A model generated the notes under the pieces. The model saw only the letters and a program-made list of their open reading frames with translations. It was not told where the DNA came from and did not search any database. Shown here in pieces: positions 10,701 through 20,655 of a DNA stretch of 64,000 bases. The first letter of the stretch is position 1, and the number at the start of each line of letters is the position of its first letter. Position numbers and translations under genes: made by a program. Source of the DNA: a virus. The stretch spans positions 7,896 to 71,895 of the IMG/VR virus record IMGVR_UViG_3300036770_007134; one strand, written 5' to 3'.

Positions 10701-13361
10701 ATCATCAACAGCTGACCTAAAGTCAGATGCCGGAACCTCTACCCAAGATTTGGTCTGCCCAAACACACCAGGATATTCTATTGGATCAACTGCCTGGTAG
10801 TATCCTGTTTTAAATTCAATGCCAGTTAATCTAGCTGATCCATTCATTCCTGTGTAAGCTGTGTAACTTTGCGGAGAATCGCTAGCTGAATAATAATTGT
10901 AGTAAGAATTTATGTCAAACTTATAATCTTTAAAAGCTGCATTCCTATCTATTGCATCGTTTATTAAAATATTATTAGATGTACTTAACGGTTTTTCAAT
11001 AATTATATAAGGACCAAGATTATCTGGTATCCTCAACTCAGGAGATGAAACCGTAGTATACGCAAAGGTTTTTGCAGATGGTGTCGATATTTTATATAAA
11101 TAATATGAAGAACTTAACCCATTAACAAAGTTACTAGCAACCCTTTCTGCTTGGCCTGCGTTATATATTTCAACATCCGGGTTTGTTACCTCTATATAGA
11201 AATCTATTTCTGATGAATCCATAGAAGATAACCTAGACTTTTGTTTATCGGTTATAAAATTAGATATTTCATTTTTATAAAAATTAAATATATCACTGTT
11301 TACTTTTTCATTTTTTAGAATATCTAAACCTGAAATAGAATTAGTTGGTGATATAGAAATGCTTGAAAAATAATTTGCCTTTTCTTCATCAAGAAGAACA
11401 CTGGTATCCATGACCCATCCGGATCTCCAATCAGAGACATAATTATACAAAGGGGATCTAAAGTCGACACGAGAACCCTTTATTGCCATTCTTGAGTATA
11501 AGCTATAGCAGACCATATTGTAAAGGGCCTTAAAAGGGCCCTCTACAACCGCTGAAAACAAATTTCCTAAACCAGAATCAATAGAATAATCTCCATTATT
11601 AACTCTAATAACATTATCAGATCCTGTCACAGAAAATTGATCATTACAGTATCTGAAAAACGGGAAAGACGTTGCAAAAATGTTACCACCCGTAAGTCTA
11701 TCACCTGTACTTTTGCTTATAATGTGAATGCCAGTTGGTTGTGAGTTGTGAGTTATAAAATAACTATACCTATCGAATTCAGATGAAGACAAGTAATTAC
11801 TGAAATATTTAGTATTCTTATATTCGCCTGAATCAAACTTACTTGTTCCATGAATGCTGTATTCCGCTTTCTCAAATATAGAACTTTCCCCTACATCATT
11901 TATAGTCCACCCACCATTTTTAGTTGAGTCTATTATCTCGGATTCAGTATTAAGTCTATGACTAGACATTTTAACCACATTGTCTGAGGATATACTTAAA
12001 CCAGATATTCCAGAAACACCATTTCTAGATCTAGATAGATCCATCATAAGCGAACCATTATTTGCAACAAAAGACTTAAGCTTTGCAACGTGGTTTACAC
12101 TAAGATCAAAAGAAGGTTCAAAAGCTAAGATATCATAATTAGATAAATCTTCAGTTTCTATATCTACTAACCAATAGTTTTTTTGGTTTTTTTCAATAGA
12201 ACTTTGCTGAATATATAAAGGTCTTTCAATTTCAATTTTTTCAGCGTCGTTTGCATCTGAAAGTGGATTTACGAATTTAAATTTAGACAAATTAAATGGA
12301 GAGTTCTCTAATCTATAGAATATATAAGGATCATGCACCGACGAGGAAAATCGCGAACTATAGAGCACCCCTACGTTAACTGTTCTATAGTTTAATAGAT
12401 CATCGTTAGAGGGAAAATCTTCTTCATTTAAAGATACAGAAGAGTTAGATTTAGCTATCAATCTCCAGTTGAACACTTCGTAACTTCTAGTATCTTCAAT
12501 TGCCTTAGAGGGCACAAACACCTGATAGCCGTCATCCTCAACTTTATCTAGAGCTAGTTCTGAATACTTCTGATTAAACTTCTTAACTGCAAATATTTGA
12601 CTATTAAAATAGTTTTTATCCAATACAAACGACTCTTCAGCTTTTTCTTTAAATATAGGTACTGCATTTATAGTCTCAGAATAATTTATTTGCTGATCGA
12701 AAATTAGACCTCTATCATCACATTGAACCTTATCATATGTTAACCTTATATTTTTTGGTTGATCTGAATCGAACAAAACTATAATTCTGTAAGGTATTAC
12801 ATCGTTTACGATATTATATTCAGTTTTAAATGGCTCTAAAAGTATTCTATATTTTCTAGTAGACTTAGCTACATTCACATAGTCCGAACCATCAGGTCTA
12901 GTCACTAATATATTTAGTCCAACAAATTTTTCTTGATCTATATATTGACGAATTGACGAAGCAGAATAGTCTTTCGGAGCCGCAATAAAAAATCTGCTAA
13001 TATAAAAATAATGTGAAAAATCTTGAAATTCAAGAGTATTTATGTCTAGTCTTTCCGTGTAAGATGGCTTGTTGATAAAAATATTTGAAACTGTAAGATT
13101 ATTTGTTTTAAACTTAGAGGAGCCATTTATTTTTCTTAAAACTCCTAACTCATCTGCGTATGCTAAGGATTCGCCCTCAATATTTCCAATCACATTTTCT
13201 GGTATCAAATATGACACATCTGAAATAGATAATGTGTTCGAAGGTGTCATTTTATCAGAACTAAACCATGCCAACGGTATTGAGTCAGATAAAGACTTGC
13301 TACCAATCTTGATAGCTTTTTCATTTCCTTGAATTGTTTGATTTTCAAATTTTTCCATCAC
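7743..13361 (-). CDS. Large baseplate/tail structural protein with internal peptidoglycan-binding domain
   Basis: 1872 aa; ATGA overlap with the upstream gene; YVQFTL...DQYYGPATASGVRSFQ...IDGRVDSET (about 10378-10570) fits the PG_binding_1 three-helix consensus. Confidence 0.75.
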   Translation of the reverse strand: MMEKFENQTIQGNEKAIKIGSKSLSDSIPLAWFSSDKMTPSNTLSISDVSYLIPENVIGNIEGESLAYADELGVLRKINGSSKFKTNNLTVSNIFINKPSYTERLDINTLEFQDFSHYFYISRFFIAAPKDYSASSIRQYIDQEKFVGLNILVTRPDGSDYVNVAKSTRKYRILLEPFKTEYNIVNDVIPYRIIVLFDSDQPKNIRLTYDKVQCDDRGLIFDQQINYSETINAVPIFKEKAEESFVLDKNYFNSQIFAVKKFNQKYSELALDKVEDDGYQVFVPSKAIEDTRSYEVFNWRLIAKSNSSVSLNEEDFPSNDDLLNYRTVNVGVLYSSRFSSSVHDPYIFYRLENSPFNLSKFKFVNPLSDANDAEKIEIERPLYIQQSSIEKNQKNYWLVDIETEDLSNYDILAFEPSFDLSVNHVAKLKSFVANNGSLMMDLSRSRNGVSGISGLSISSDNVVKMSSHRLNTESEIIDSTKNGGWTINDVGESSIFEKAEYSIHGTSKFDSGEYKNTKYFSNYLSSSEFDRYSYFITHNSQPTGIHIISKSTGDRLTGGNIFATSFPFFRYCNDQFSVTGSDNVIRVNNGDYSIDSGLGNLFSAVVEGPFKALYNMVCYSLYSRMAIKGSRVDFRSPLYNYVSDWRSGWVMDTSVLLDEEKANYFSSISISPTNSISGLDILKNEKVNSDIFNFYKNEISNFITDKQKSRLSSMDSSEIDFYIEVTNPDVEIYNAGQAERVASNFVNGLSSSYYLYKISTPSAKTFAYTTVSSPELRIPDNLGPYIIIEKPLSTSNNILINDAIDRNAAFKDYKFDINSYYNYYSASDSPQSYTAYTGMNGSARLTGIEFKTGYYQAVDPIEYPGVFGQTKSWVEVPASDFRSAVDDIGLFRATSTTQPTNVFPYTGDIDLGNTWKIWRYDISSSNHVNRGAFATYVQFTLWTYNNFYSGTRNYYPYSLDQYYGPATASGVRSFQSAEKLRYIDGRVDSETKWYLASFWKRVYSQRRDIYDEALRYISSIDSKVYQYIEAARRCAVAAEINSKTYKKTTFSGVVNPKEARDVIFFKLPESLTSISELRVNIDPSWANCRVVGYGLATSRASVESMPGINVVNKTPVNGVIKISLPDIKPAQSNAKYMWIEIYGDSISNTSFNNGYAEGFAIKSIKCYGYTYVTEVIEEPRYEEQPDVWVPRIENKVGTFTFVIEDYPKIVNPSEVVTHSIYSLQSYYDLIRRSSRAYIKSITIDSKTYNFEENEYSLKDIFFNSDENLFFEDAEFRINFSSTFISSPSILEYEISKIIDNDTNIGIWEKGDNVDASPVVLDSPYSVPGVGIVLRYQTSNIYYSNSQVVRVGPTPMPEGYSLRSIDGAILYTGGKNSVNVNDGVLLLCDSSGDPIGFPSSSVINSGLKDVNSTLDDEVDTRFGFFSIVNFELLEDGFIYGFYDIDKKEFIGTTISYVELIQRNSGGNNVYIGVLAYDADGNTGNIDFIGPSKDITFTPVTIPLKYVAPVYSVAFRSESAIRVGNLSSSLSKFDAWELPVSSGSFSKMIKIPNNYYINDWKKNYLGQEILAFYETSRSKMSDWSDIYGYGSYDISNENPTIIDNERIQLNKAPILSWNHPTNYSESIFGIVKPVVVVYFKNRNTGSWDVVPENYIKNIDCFNGVIEFIPRVLPSELSEIKVDYSVENKDILIRQIDGSPVPINPFLNNVDYKKPLYIYILPRKVYTFDNFSKKYIFINDYENTNSVNYTYNSDIFNKKSTSYNPFALPIAIISINGNPNNKIPHYIDVRTRGGGLVDDVSIVELMEYSPDVLNNWDIYPPSSMAYPNGGYVIIRIPREVENNFLNKTEVYEIIRSNLTAGVVFELQDLEGNSWS

Positions 13362-16300
13362 TGCTCCGAACTGTCCGGATGTATTTGAGTATAGTCAGAT
13401 ATCATATTTGGAGTAGATCCGAGAATTCCCATTTGATATTGTTCATATCTAGATATTGGAACCCATCTAGGTGGCTCCCAATTGTATCCAGAATTAACAA
13501 AACTAACATTACTAGAATCGCTGTGCTTGTATACAAAGTTTGGTGTCGAATATAAGTCTGAATTCTCTCTCTTAAGATGCCCTAACGCTGAATCAAATCC
13601 GGGAACTTCATTAGCGTACTGGACTGGGTCATAGCTTTCATGCCAATAAACTATGTCACCACCTATAGTAATAAGATTATCACGGAAAACTTCACCTAAC
13701 GATACAACAATTGATCTAGCCTCTGATGGAGTAGCCAATTCAACCACCGCAAAACTGGTACCAGGATTTATTTGAGGATCAGCCAGAATTGAATCAAATA
13801 CCTGGAATGAACCATCTGCATTACTTTTAACGGTTCCCGAATATTTGTAATTCGGAGTAGCAAAGATGTCAAACAAGGTATCAGCTACATACCAATTTAT
13901 ATCTAACTCTGCTGAGAGCGGCTTATCCCTCCAATAAATTTGACCGATTATATTAACATACACACTGCCACTTCCCGAGTAGTGCAACCTTAGGGGAACT
14001 GCTTTAACCGATACAATAAATTCTACTGAATTTTTAATTGAATAATTAACAGTTGCAGAATAGCCATATGTATCGCTGGGCGGAGTTGCAGGATCGTCAC
14101 CCTCTATTAAGATATAGTCACTGATCATATCTGACGGAATTGAACCACTGTATCTTAAAATTGCTTTACCAACTCCATTGTCGTCAGTTACAATGTAGCT
14201 AGGATCGGCTAAAACACTAGATGAACTTATCCAAAATCCTTGATTTGGTTTTAAGTTTCCATTAATATCTTTAGATACTATTGTTAAATACATGAAATCG
14301 TTAAAATTATCAGATATATTTTTAGGGGAAAGATAAATATCTGCTGAACCAAAGTCCCTTTCTATGGCATCAATGTATACAAATCCTTCATCTAATGGAT
14401 TTTCAATTGCATCTATTCTTAAGTCTATGGGATATTTAAAATCGTTTGTTGAATTTTCATATGTAATCACATAGTCTTCTGGCGAATTAGGAGTAGATGA
14501 TAGATATAGTCTTGCCTGGTACGAATCCGAAAGGAGGTCATAAAAATCTTTATCTATAAAATACGCCTTATTTACCATATAAGAAACTTCATATGCTCTT
14601 CCGTTAACCATAGGTGTCGCATCTGAGAATAGTTCGATAGAATACCCTGGTACGTCAATGTTGGAAAAAATATTTTTACCCAAAAATAAGTCTTTAACAT
14701 ATTCTATATGAGTATCCTGATAAGCAAGATGAATTAGATTATAAATATTCCCATATATTATTTCTTTATTATAGAAGCTGTGAATATGCGGAGTTGCCAA
14801 ATCTTGAAAGAAAACATTCCTATAATAATCAGATCCGACTTTCACTATAATTGGACTTCCGGCCCTGGGGACAGATGATAAAGTATGCTGGAAATTCTGA
14901 GAATTACTAAACACGTCCGAAATTGAATCAGAATATATATATTGATCGTTTTTATTTATGTTGATTAACCCAGAATTAACAGATGCTAAATAATCCCTAT
15001 CTAAATAAGGATCTCTCTCTGCATATAAGTTAAAATTAGTTTCATTGCCATTTGCAAGATTGTTTTGCAGATTTAGCCTAAGAGAATTTATATCGTCTGT
15101 GTACTGTATAACATCATCGTTATTAGTTATAAATAATATTTTTTCTATAATTCTATATGAATCTTCACTTAAATTAAAACTATCTAATCTTAACCTGTAA
15201 TTTCCGACTAACTTGTCCTCATTATAGTAGGCATCAAGGGGGCTCTCGTTGTTACTGTATGCGTTTCCGAACGAATCTATATAACCATAGTAAAGACCTG
15301 GAGTGGTCTCGGATGAAAAAGATTCGAAAGTTCTCGCTTTTATTGGATAGTGGCTACTATCTACGCTTCGTATGAACGCGTAATAATTATTATCGTAGCT
15401 TAATGTCGAACTTTCAAAATAAGAACTAGCTACTGTAGCTGATTCAGCTATAACATAGTATTCTATACTAGGTGAAGATGGTACAAAAAATCTTTCTTCT
15501 GTTACTGGGTCGAAACAAACCCCACCATACATTCCAGTAACTGTGTCCATTATCCCATCAATATATATACTACTTGGTGTTGCACCACCTGGTAAAAGTA
15601 TTGAATCAATATGCTTTAATATATTCAAGTCAACATGAGATAAATCATAGTCCTCCAGACTGCTATAAGAATTTAAAACTACTTCTCTTTTAATTGGCTT
15701 AGAGTTAAAGTAAACTGGAGTAGCCGAATAAACATTAGATCCTATCAATAGATCTAAATCTTCTAAAATGAAATTAGGGGTTGATAAAGAGGTTGTGTTA
15801 ACAGACAAATATGATCCATCTATATCAAAAACTCTGACGTGTCCGGAGTCAGTTCCGTTTCCGTCATTGCTAGTAGCCCCCACAGCTAGACGGTTTCCAT
15901 CAGAAGACAAATCCACAGACCAACCAGACAAATCGCCTGCAGCTTCACCATCGATATCGGATCCGACTTGGACCCAAGATGACCCATCCCAGTCAAAAAC
16001 TCTGACGTGTCCGGAGTTAGTTCCGTTTCCGTCATTGTTATAAGCCCCCACAGCTAAACGGTTCCCATCAGAAGACAAACCTACAGACCAACCAGACAAA
16101 TCGCCTGCAGCTTCGCCATCGATATCGGACCCAACCTGAATCCAGTTCGATCCATCCCAGTCGAAAACTCTGACGTGTCCAGAGCTAACTCCATTGCCGT
16201 CATTGTGAATAGCTCCCACGGCTAAACGGTTTCCATTGGAAGACAAATCCACAGACCAACCAGACAAATCGTCTGCAGCTTCGCCATCGATATCGGATCC

Positions 16301-19069
16301 GACTTGGACCCAAGATGACCCATCCCAGTCAAAAACTCTGACGTGACCCGATGAGAAACCGTTAATACCATTATTATAATTTGCTCCCACAGCTAAACGT
16401 GAACCATCGGAAGACAAATCTACAAAAGAACCAAAATAATCGTCTGCAGCTTCACCATCGATATCGGATCCGACTTGGACCCAAGATGACCCATCCCAAT
16501 CATATACTCTGACGTGACCCGATGAGAAACCGTTAATACCATTATTGAAATCTGCCCCCACAGCTAACCGTGAACCATCGGATGACAAAGCCAAGCTCAC
16601 CCCAGAAGAATCATATGTAGCTTCGCCATCGATATCGGATCCGACTTGGATCCAAGATGACCCATCCCAGTCAAAAACTCTGACGTGTCCGGAGTCAGTT
16701 CCATTGCCGTCATTGTTATAAGCCCCCACAGCTAAACGGTTTCCATCAGAAGACAAATCCACAGAAAATCCAGAATAATCATATGCAGCTTCACCATCGA
16801 TATCGGATCCGACTTGGACCCAAGATGACCCATCCCAGTCAAAAACTCTGACGTGCCCAGAGTTAACTCCATTAATACCGTCATTACTAGTAGCCCCCAC
16901 AGCTAACCGTGAACCATCGGATGACAAAGCCAAGCTCACCCCAGAAGAATCATATGTAGCTTCGCCATCGATATCGGATCCGACTTGGACCCAAGATAAT
17001 GCTGGAAAATTATAAACATTCCAATAGGGGGTAGAAGTAGAATATGAATATTTATAATCTAAATTAGGCTGTAATTCTACATACTGCTGAATAGATTGAT
17101 CCCAAAAAAATCCAAATACAACACTTACAGAATTAATATTTCCAAAAAAAACTCTACTAAACTCTGGAGTTGACCCGTAAGATATATACTGTTCGTTATT
17201 AATTTTATTTCTAAAATCTAAATATCTAACAGTATATCCATCGTGATCAAAAACTTCAAAAACATTATAATCAGGGCTAGTTGGGTGCCCCTCGCTATAG
17301 GTATTGGTGTGTCTTAGCCCATCATAAGTATTTGCATCTAGATTTACATAAAAAGAAGCTGGAGTTGCGATATCTCCATAACTGTCTACATTAATTTCAT
17401 AAACAAAAGATGGATCAGAAATTGGTTGTTCTATTATATTTTTTATATAACCTATTGACATCTTATATGGCACAGTAATCGGTGCATATAAGTCTCTATA
17501 ACCAGAAGCCTGCATACCTTCAATTTTGACACTTCCGCTAAAGTTAATAGTTGCTGAATCTTCATAGCCAAAATACAGTTTTGCGTCATCAAAGTCTCCG
17601 ACTCCTGGTTTATAGTATTCGTTAGAGACGTTGACAAGACTATCGTATATCGCAGGAATTCTAGATATACCTTGTCCAGTTATACCGCCATAATCCCATA
17701 TACCCTCTCCCCAATTTACGTAACCTATATTGGAAGGATATTTTATATTAATATCTTCAATTAAATTTCTAAATATCTTATTTGGGTGACCATACTTTGA
17801 AAAATAAGGAGTAGAACTTTGGATATCTTCTATCTCTAATATTTCAGGAGTTGCACCTACATAATTCGAATCCGGCGTAGCTCCGTACGCCCTCCAAATA
17901 TCTAACTCTCTTCTAAGCCCAACTTGAAGCGCATTTTTAGTAACACCTGATATATTTTTTGATGCGTCGAGAATTCTTTTCTTATAATTAAAATTACTCT
18001 CAAGATATAATCTAGGAAGACCTACTCTTGCGCCGAATTCATCAAAAGAATTATAAACATTTATAGGCTCCTGCTTTACTGGGACCCCATCTACCTTAAG
18101 AACACTAAAAATTCTATTGGTTACCAGTTGCCCCATTGTATTATCTATATAATACGCATAATCTGTAACTCTAAGGTTTATCAATTCTGAGAAATTCGAT
18201 ACCCTTGCCAACACAACAGAATCGCCTTCGACCCTTATGGAATTAGCAGGTATGCCGTAAGATGAATAGACCCAGGCTGTCATATTCTCGTCTGCGGAGT
18301 TTATGTATGAATTTATTGAGGTTAAATCAATCCTTCTTTCAAGATCATCTAAATGCATGCCAGAAAGTGCATTTATCATTTTTCCGCCAATAGATTCTGG
18401 CACATCTAGAGCCGGAGTTGCCCCATAGCGAGAGTCTTCATATAGCTTTGTCCAGCTCGGAAATCTATCTAAAATTTCTCTAGCTGATTTAGATATATTT
18501 TTAGGAACCGTATCATGTATCGCCACTTCAAGGTAAAACACAAGACCAACGGAACCAAGATCAATGCCTTGATCATCTAAAGTCAACTCTATCCTTATGT
18601 ATGGCTTAACACCTGAGGAAAGGATTGTACCAGAATCTCCACCATATATGGTCTTCATCCATGGGCCAGTTGAATAGTCTGATTCATAAAATTGAATAGA
18701 AAAACCAGGAGTGTGCTCACCCGGAAGATTCGTAAATACATACCTATAATTAACTAGGTCAATTTTTGAACTAGTATCTAAAAATCTAAGAATAGTAGGA
18801 GTGGCGGAATCATAGACAACTTCTCCAGCATCTGTGACGTAAATAGAGTTTGGAGAAAAGGGGGTAGCATTCTCTCCGTCAAAATTTGGAGAAGTAATAT
18901 CCAACCCGACATAAGTCCTATCGCCTATAAGATTCAATCCTCCAGTAGATCTCGTATAAGAATAGTTTGAATAGCTATTATTATTATATAGATTAATATA
19001 ACTTGTAGTCCATATATTCTCTTCTTTTACAAAATCTGAACTCCTGAGAAGGAGTAAATACCTTTTCAT
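13358..19069 (-). CDS. Large baseplate wedge-associated protein with inserted 7-bladed beta-propeller
   Basis: 1903 aa, directly downstream of baseplate J; FDEFGARVGLPRLYLESNFNYKKRI resembles wedge-protein motifs; contains seven 56-57-aa repeats. Confidence 0.75.
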   Translation of the reverse strand: MKRYLLLLRSSDFVKEENIWTTSYINLYNNNSYSNYSYTRSTGGLNLIGDRTYVGLDITSPNFDGENATPFSPNSIYVTDAGEVVYDSATPTILRFLDTSSKIDLVNYRYVFTNLPGEHTPGFSIQFYESDYSTGPWMKTIYGGDSGTILSSGVKPYIRIELTLDDQGIDLGSVGLVFYLEVAIHDTVPKNISKSAREILDRFPSWTKLYEDSRYGATPALDVPESIGGKMINALSGMHLDDLERRIDLTSINSYINSADENMTAWVYSSYGIPANSIRVEGDSVVLARVSNFSELINLRVTDYAYYIDNTMGQLVTNRIFSVLKVDGVPVKQEPINVYNSFDEFGARVGLPRLYLESNFNYKKRILDASKNISGVTKNALQVGLRRELDIWRAYGATPDSNYVGATPEILEIEDIQSSTPYFSKYGHPNKIFRNLIEDINIKYPSNIGYVNWGEGIWDYGGITGQGISRIPAIYDSLVNVSNEYYKPGVGDFDDAKLYFGYEDSATINFSGSVKIEGMQASGYRDLYAPITVPYKMSIGYIKNIIEQPISDPSFVYEINVDSYGDIATPASFYVNLDANTYDGLRHTNTYSEGHPTSPDYNVFEVFDHDGYTVRYLDFRNKINNEQYISYGSTPEFSRVFFGNINSVSVVFGFFWDQSIQQYVELQPNLDYKYSYSTSTPYWNVYNFPALSWVQVGSDIDGEATYDSSGVSLALSSDGSRLAVGATSNDGINGVNSGHVRVFDWDGSSWVQVGSDIDGEAAYDYSGFSVDLSSDGNRLAVGAYNNDGNGTDSGHVRVFDWDGSSWIQVGSDIDGEATYDSSGVSLALSSDGSRLAVGADFNNGINGFSSGHVRVYDWDGSSWVQVGSDIDGEAADDYFGSFVDLSSDGSRLAVGANYNNGINGFSSGHVRVFDWDGSSWVQVGSDIDGEAADDLSGWSVDLSSNGNRLAVGAIHNDGNGVSSGHVRVFDWDGSNWIQVGSDIDGEAAGDLSGWSVGLSSDGNRLAVGAYNNDGNGTNSGHVRVFDWDGSSWVQVGSDIDGEAAGDLSGWSVDLSSDGNRLAVGATSNDGNGTDSGHVRVFDIDGSYLSVNTTSLSTPNFILEDLDLLIGSNVYSATPVYFNSKPIKREVVLNSYSSLEDYDLSHVDLNILKHIDSILLPGGATPSSIYIDGIMDTVTGMYGGVCFDPVTEERFFVPSSPSIEYYVIAESATVASSYFESSTLSYDNNYYAFIRSVDSSHYPIKARTFESFSSETTPGLYYGYIDSFGNAYSNNESPLDAYYNEDKLVGNYRLRLDSFNLSEDSYRIIEKILFITNNDDVIQYTDDINSLRLNLQNNLANGNETNFNLYAERDPYLDRDYLASVNSGLININKNDQYIYSDSISDVFSNSQNFQHTLSSVPRAGSPIIVKVGSDYYRNVFFQDLATPHIHSFYNKEIIYGNIYNLIHLAYQDTHIEYVKDLFLGKNIFSNIDVPGYSIELFSDATPMVNGRAYEVSYMVNKAYFIDKDFYDLLSDSYQARLYLSSTPNSPEDYVITYENSTNDFKYPIDLRIDAIENPLDEGFVYIDAIERDFGSADIYLSPKNISDNFNDFMYLTIVSKDINGNLKPNQGFWISSSSVLADPSYIVTDDNGVGKAILRYSGSIPSDMISDYILIEGDDPATPPSDTYGYSATVNYSIKNSVEFIVSVKAVPLRLHYSGSGSVYVNIIGQIYWRDKPLSAELDINWYVADTLFDIFATPNYKYSGTVKSNADGSFQVFDSILADPQINPGTSFAVVELATPSEARSIVVSLGEVFRDNLITIGGDIVYWHESYDPVQYANEVPGFDSALGHLKRENSDLYSTPNFVYKHSDSSNVSFVNSGYNWEPPRWVPISRYEQYQMGILGSTPNMISDYTQIHPDSSEQ
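15812..16996 (-). repeat. Seven tandem coding repeats of 168/171 bp (FG-GAP-like beta-propeller blades)
   Basis: Anchor atatcgga at 15954, 16122, 16290, 16461, 16632, 16800, 16971; unit WxQVGSDIDGEAxxDxxGxSxxLSSDGxRLAVGAxxNxG(I)NGxxSGHVRVFDWDGS. Confidence 0.95.
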
Positions 19070-19085
19070 AGTTACCTGCTAATTA

Positions 19086-20255
19086 TTAATAATTTGTTAC
19101 ACCAATTATAACAGAATTGGCATCTAAGTTTCCAGCTACAAAATATTTTGTTACAGTATTAAGATTCTGATCTTCAATAGCCACAGGTCTTCCATCTAAA
19201 GATATAGAAGTGACAGAAACTGACATTACACTATCTGAAGCTAGCTTCATTTGATTTTCTATTTCCGATATAGATAAAGTACTTCCAACTGTCATAGTAT
19301 TTATATACCTCTTTGCAAACAGGGCCGCCTGATTCTGTATTGCAGTAACAACTTCTTGAGACGGCTGCTGGGACATCATTATATTAGCCCCTATCGAAAC
19401 CCTTACCCTTTCCGCTATTCTAGCATTTAATTTTATTCCGACTGGCTTAGTCGGTGTCAAACTGGCGACTACTGCGCCCGGCAGTGTGGATGGATTAGCT
19501 CCTGCCTCTGGGACAATAATAACATCACATGACCCTATTCCATATGAACCCTCTCTTATCCTAACATCCTTAACGCCAGGAACCGCCAGCGCAGCAAATC
19601 TGACAGATTCAGCGGTTCCAGTTGTCCTAGCCCTCATTGACGCTATAATTCTTCTCCTGTAATTGGCGTCGTTTTCAGACGTCACATTAGAATACACCTC
19701 TTTTGGGTTCGTGCAGTAAACTACAGTAGACGCTGGAGAAACATAGTCATGCCTGGTCAAGGAACCTCTAGGCGCGACATATGAATTATCACTGAAATTT
19801 GGCTCGACCCTACCATAGGCGCGCGTTGAACCTGGTGGTATTATGACCTGACCAGAAAGCCTATACATATACTGCTTACTTAAATAAGTTGTAACATCAT
19901 TGTACACCATAGTGCCAGCAGGGACTATAACTGTCCCACTATAAGGTTTATCTATACTAAATTCTATATTGTAAGATTGCCTCTCTGCTGAAGACTCCGG
20001 CGTAATGGCCTTTCTTTGAACACCATAGAGATCTCCTATAAGATCTAAGTTTCTTCCAGAGGCTGTACTTAAATCTGCCTGCATCATAGTAAATCTAAAC
20101 GCTTCATATAAATCTGCTACTTCAGAACTAAATGCTTCTGCAAAAGCCCTAGCAACTGACCCAGGATATATTGCCGATATGCCTGCATTTTTCTCCAAGC
20201 CATCTAACATGGACACAAGTATTTGTGATTTATTTTTAGTTCCATAAATAGCCAT
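19086..20255 (-). CDS. Baseplate J-like wedge protein
   Basis: 389 aa; ASGRNLDLIGDLYGVQR and ENDANYRRRI...GTAESVRFAALAVPGV are Baseplate_J signatures; follows the gp25-like gene. Confidence 0.9.
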   Translation of the reverse strand: MAIYGTKNKSQILVSMLDGLEKNAGISAIYPGSVARAFAEAFSSEVADLYEAFRFTMMQADLSTASGRNLDLIGDLYGVQRKAITPESSAERQSYNIEFSIDKPYSGTVIVPAGTMVYNDVTTYLSKQYMYRLSGQVIIPPGSTRAYGRVEPNFSDNSYVAPRGSLTRHDYVSPASTVVYCTNPKEVYSNVTSENDANYRRRIIASMRARTTGTAESVRFAALAVPGVKDVRIREGSYGIGSCDVIIVPEAGANPSTLPGAVVASLTPTKPVGIKLNARIAERVRVSIGANIMMSQQPSQEVVTAIQNQAALFAKRYINTMTVGSTLSISEIENQMKLASDSVMSVSVTSISLDGRPVAIEDQNLNTVTKYFVAGNLDANSVIIGVTNY

Positions 20256-20256
20256 A

Positions 20257-20637
20257 TTATGCTCCTAAGCTTTGGGATACCGAAAGAGTAATTGGATTAT
20301 CTATATCTGATAGAATATGTATATCAAACCTTATAGTATCCGGACCCGTTGGTATAGCATCTATGTATATGTTTCTAGATTTAAATAGCCCCTCTTTTTG
20401 AAGCCCTTCTTTTATTAATCTTTTGCCATATTCTCCCGTTTCTGGACGCTGTGGCATGCCGTAGAGCTTAGAAAGGTCTATCCCTAATTGTGGGTAAATA
20501 TAAAAATCTCCTGGTTCCGTCATAAGCCTTATGTACACTTGTTGCACATCGGATTGAAGATTATTATTAGTAGTTGCTATATCTTTACCGCCATTTATAA
20601 CTATATCTCCAGATAAAGAAAAATATAAATCACTCAT
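20257..20637 (-). CDS. gp25/gpW-like baseplate wedge (sheath initiator) protein
   Basis: 126 aa; QQVYIRLMTEPGDFYIYPQLGIDL pattern; canonical position before baseplate J. Confidence 0.85.
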   Translation of the reverse strand: MSDLYFSLSGDIVINGGKDIATTNNNLQSDVQQVYIRLMTEPGDFYIYPQLGIDLSKLYGMPQRPETGEYGKRLIKEGLQKEGLFKSRNIYIDAIPTGPDTIRFDIHILSDIDNPITLSVSQSLGA

Positions 20638-20655
20638 TAAAAATTCCTATTCGTA

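Noticed and set aside
11740-11765. YFITHNS in the 1872-aa protein resembles an intein C-terminus
   Set aside because: No matching N-terminal intein block A/B or homing endonuclease motif is visible upstream.
15812-16996. Tandem repeats as a CRISPR array or DGR template/variable repeats
   Set aside because: Units are 168/171 bp, in frame and coding, with no unique spacers; no cas or reverse transcriptase gene is in the window, and the variation is block-shuffled between units.
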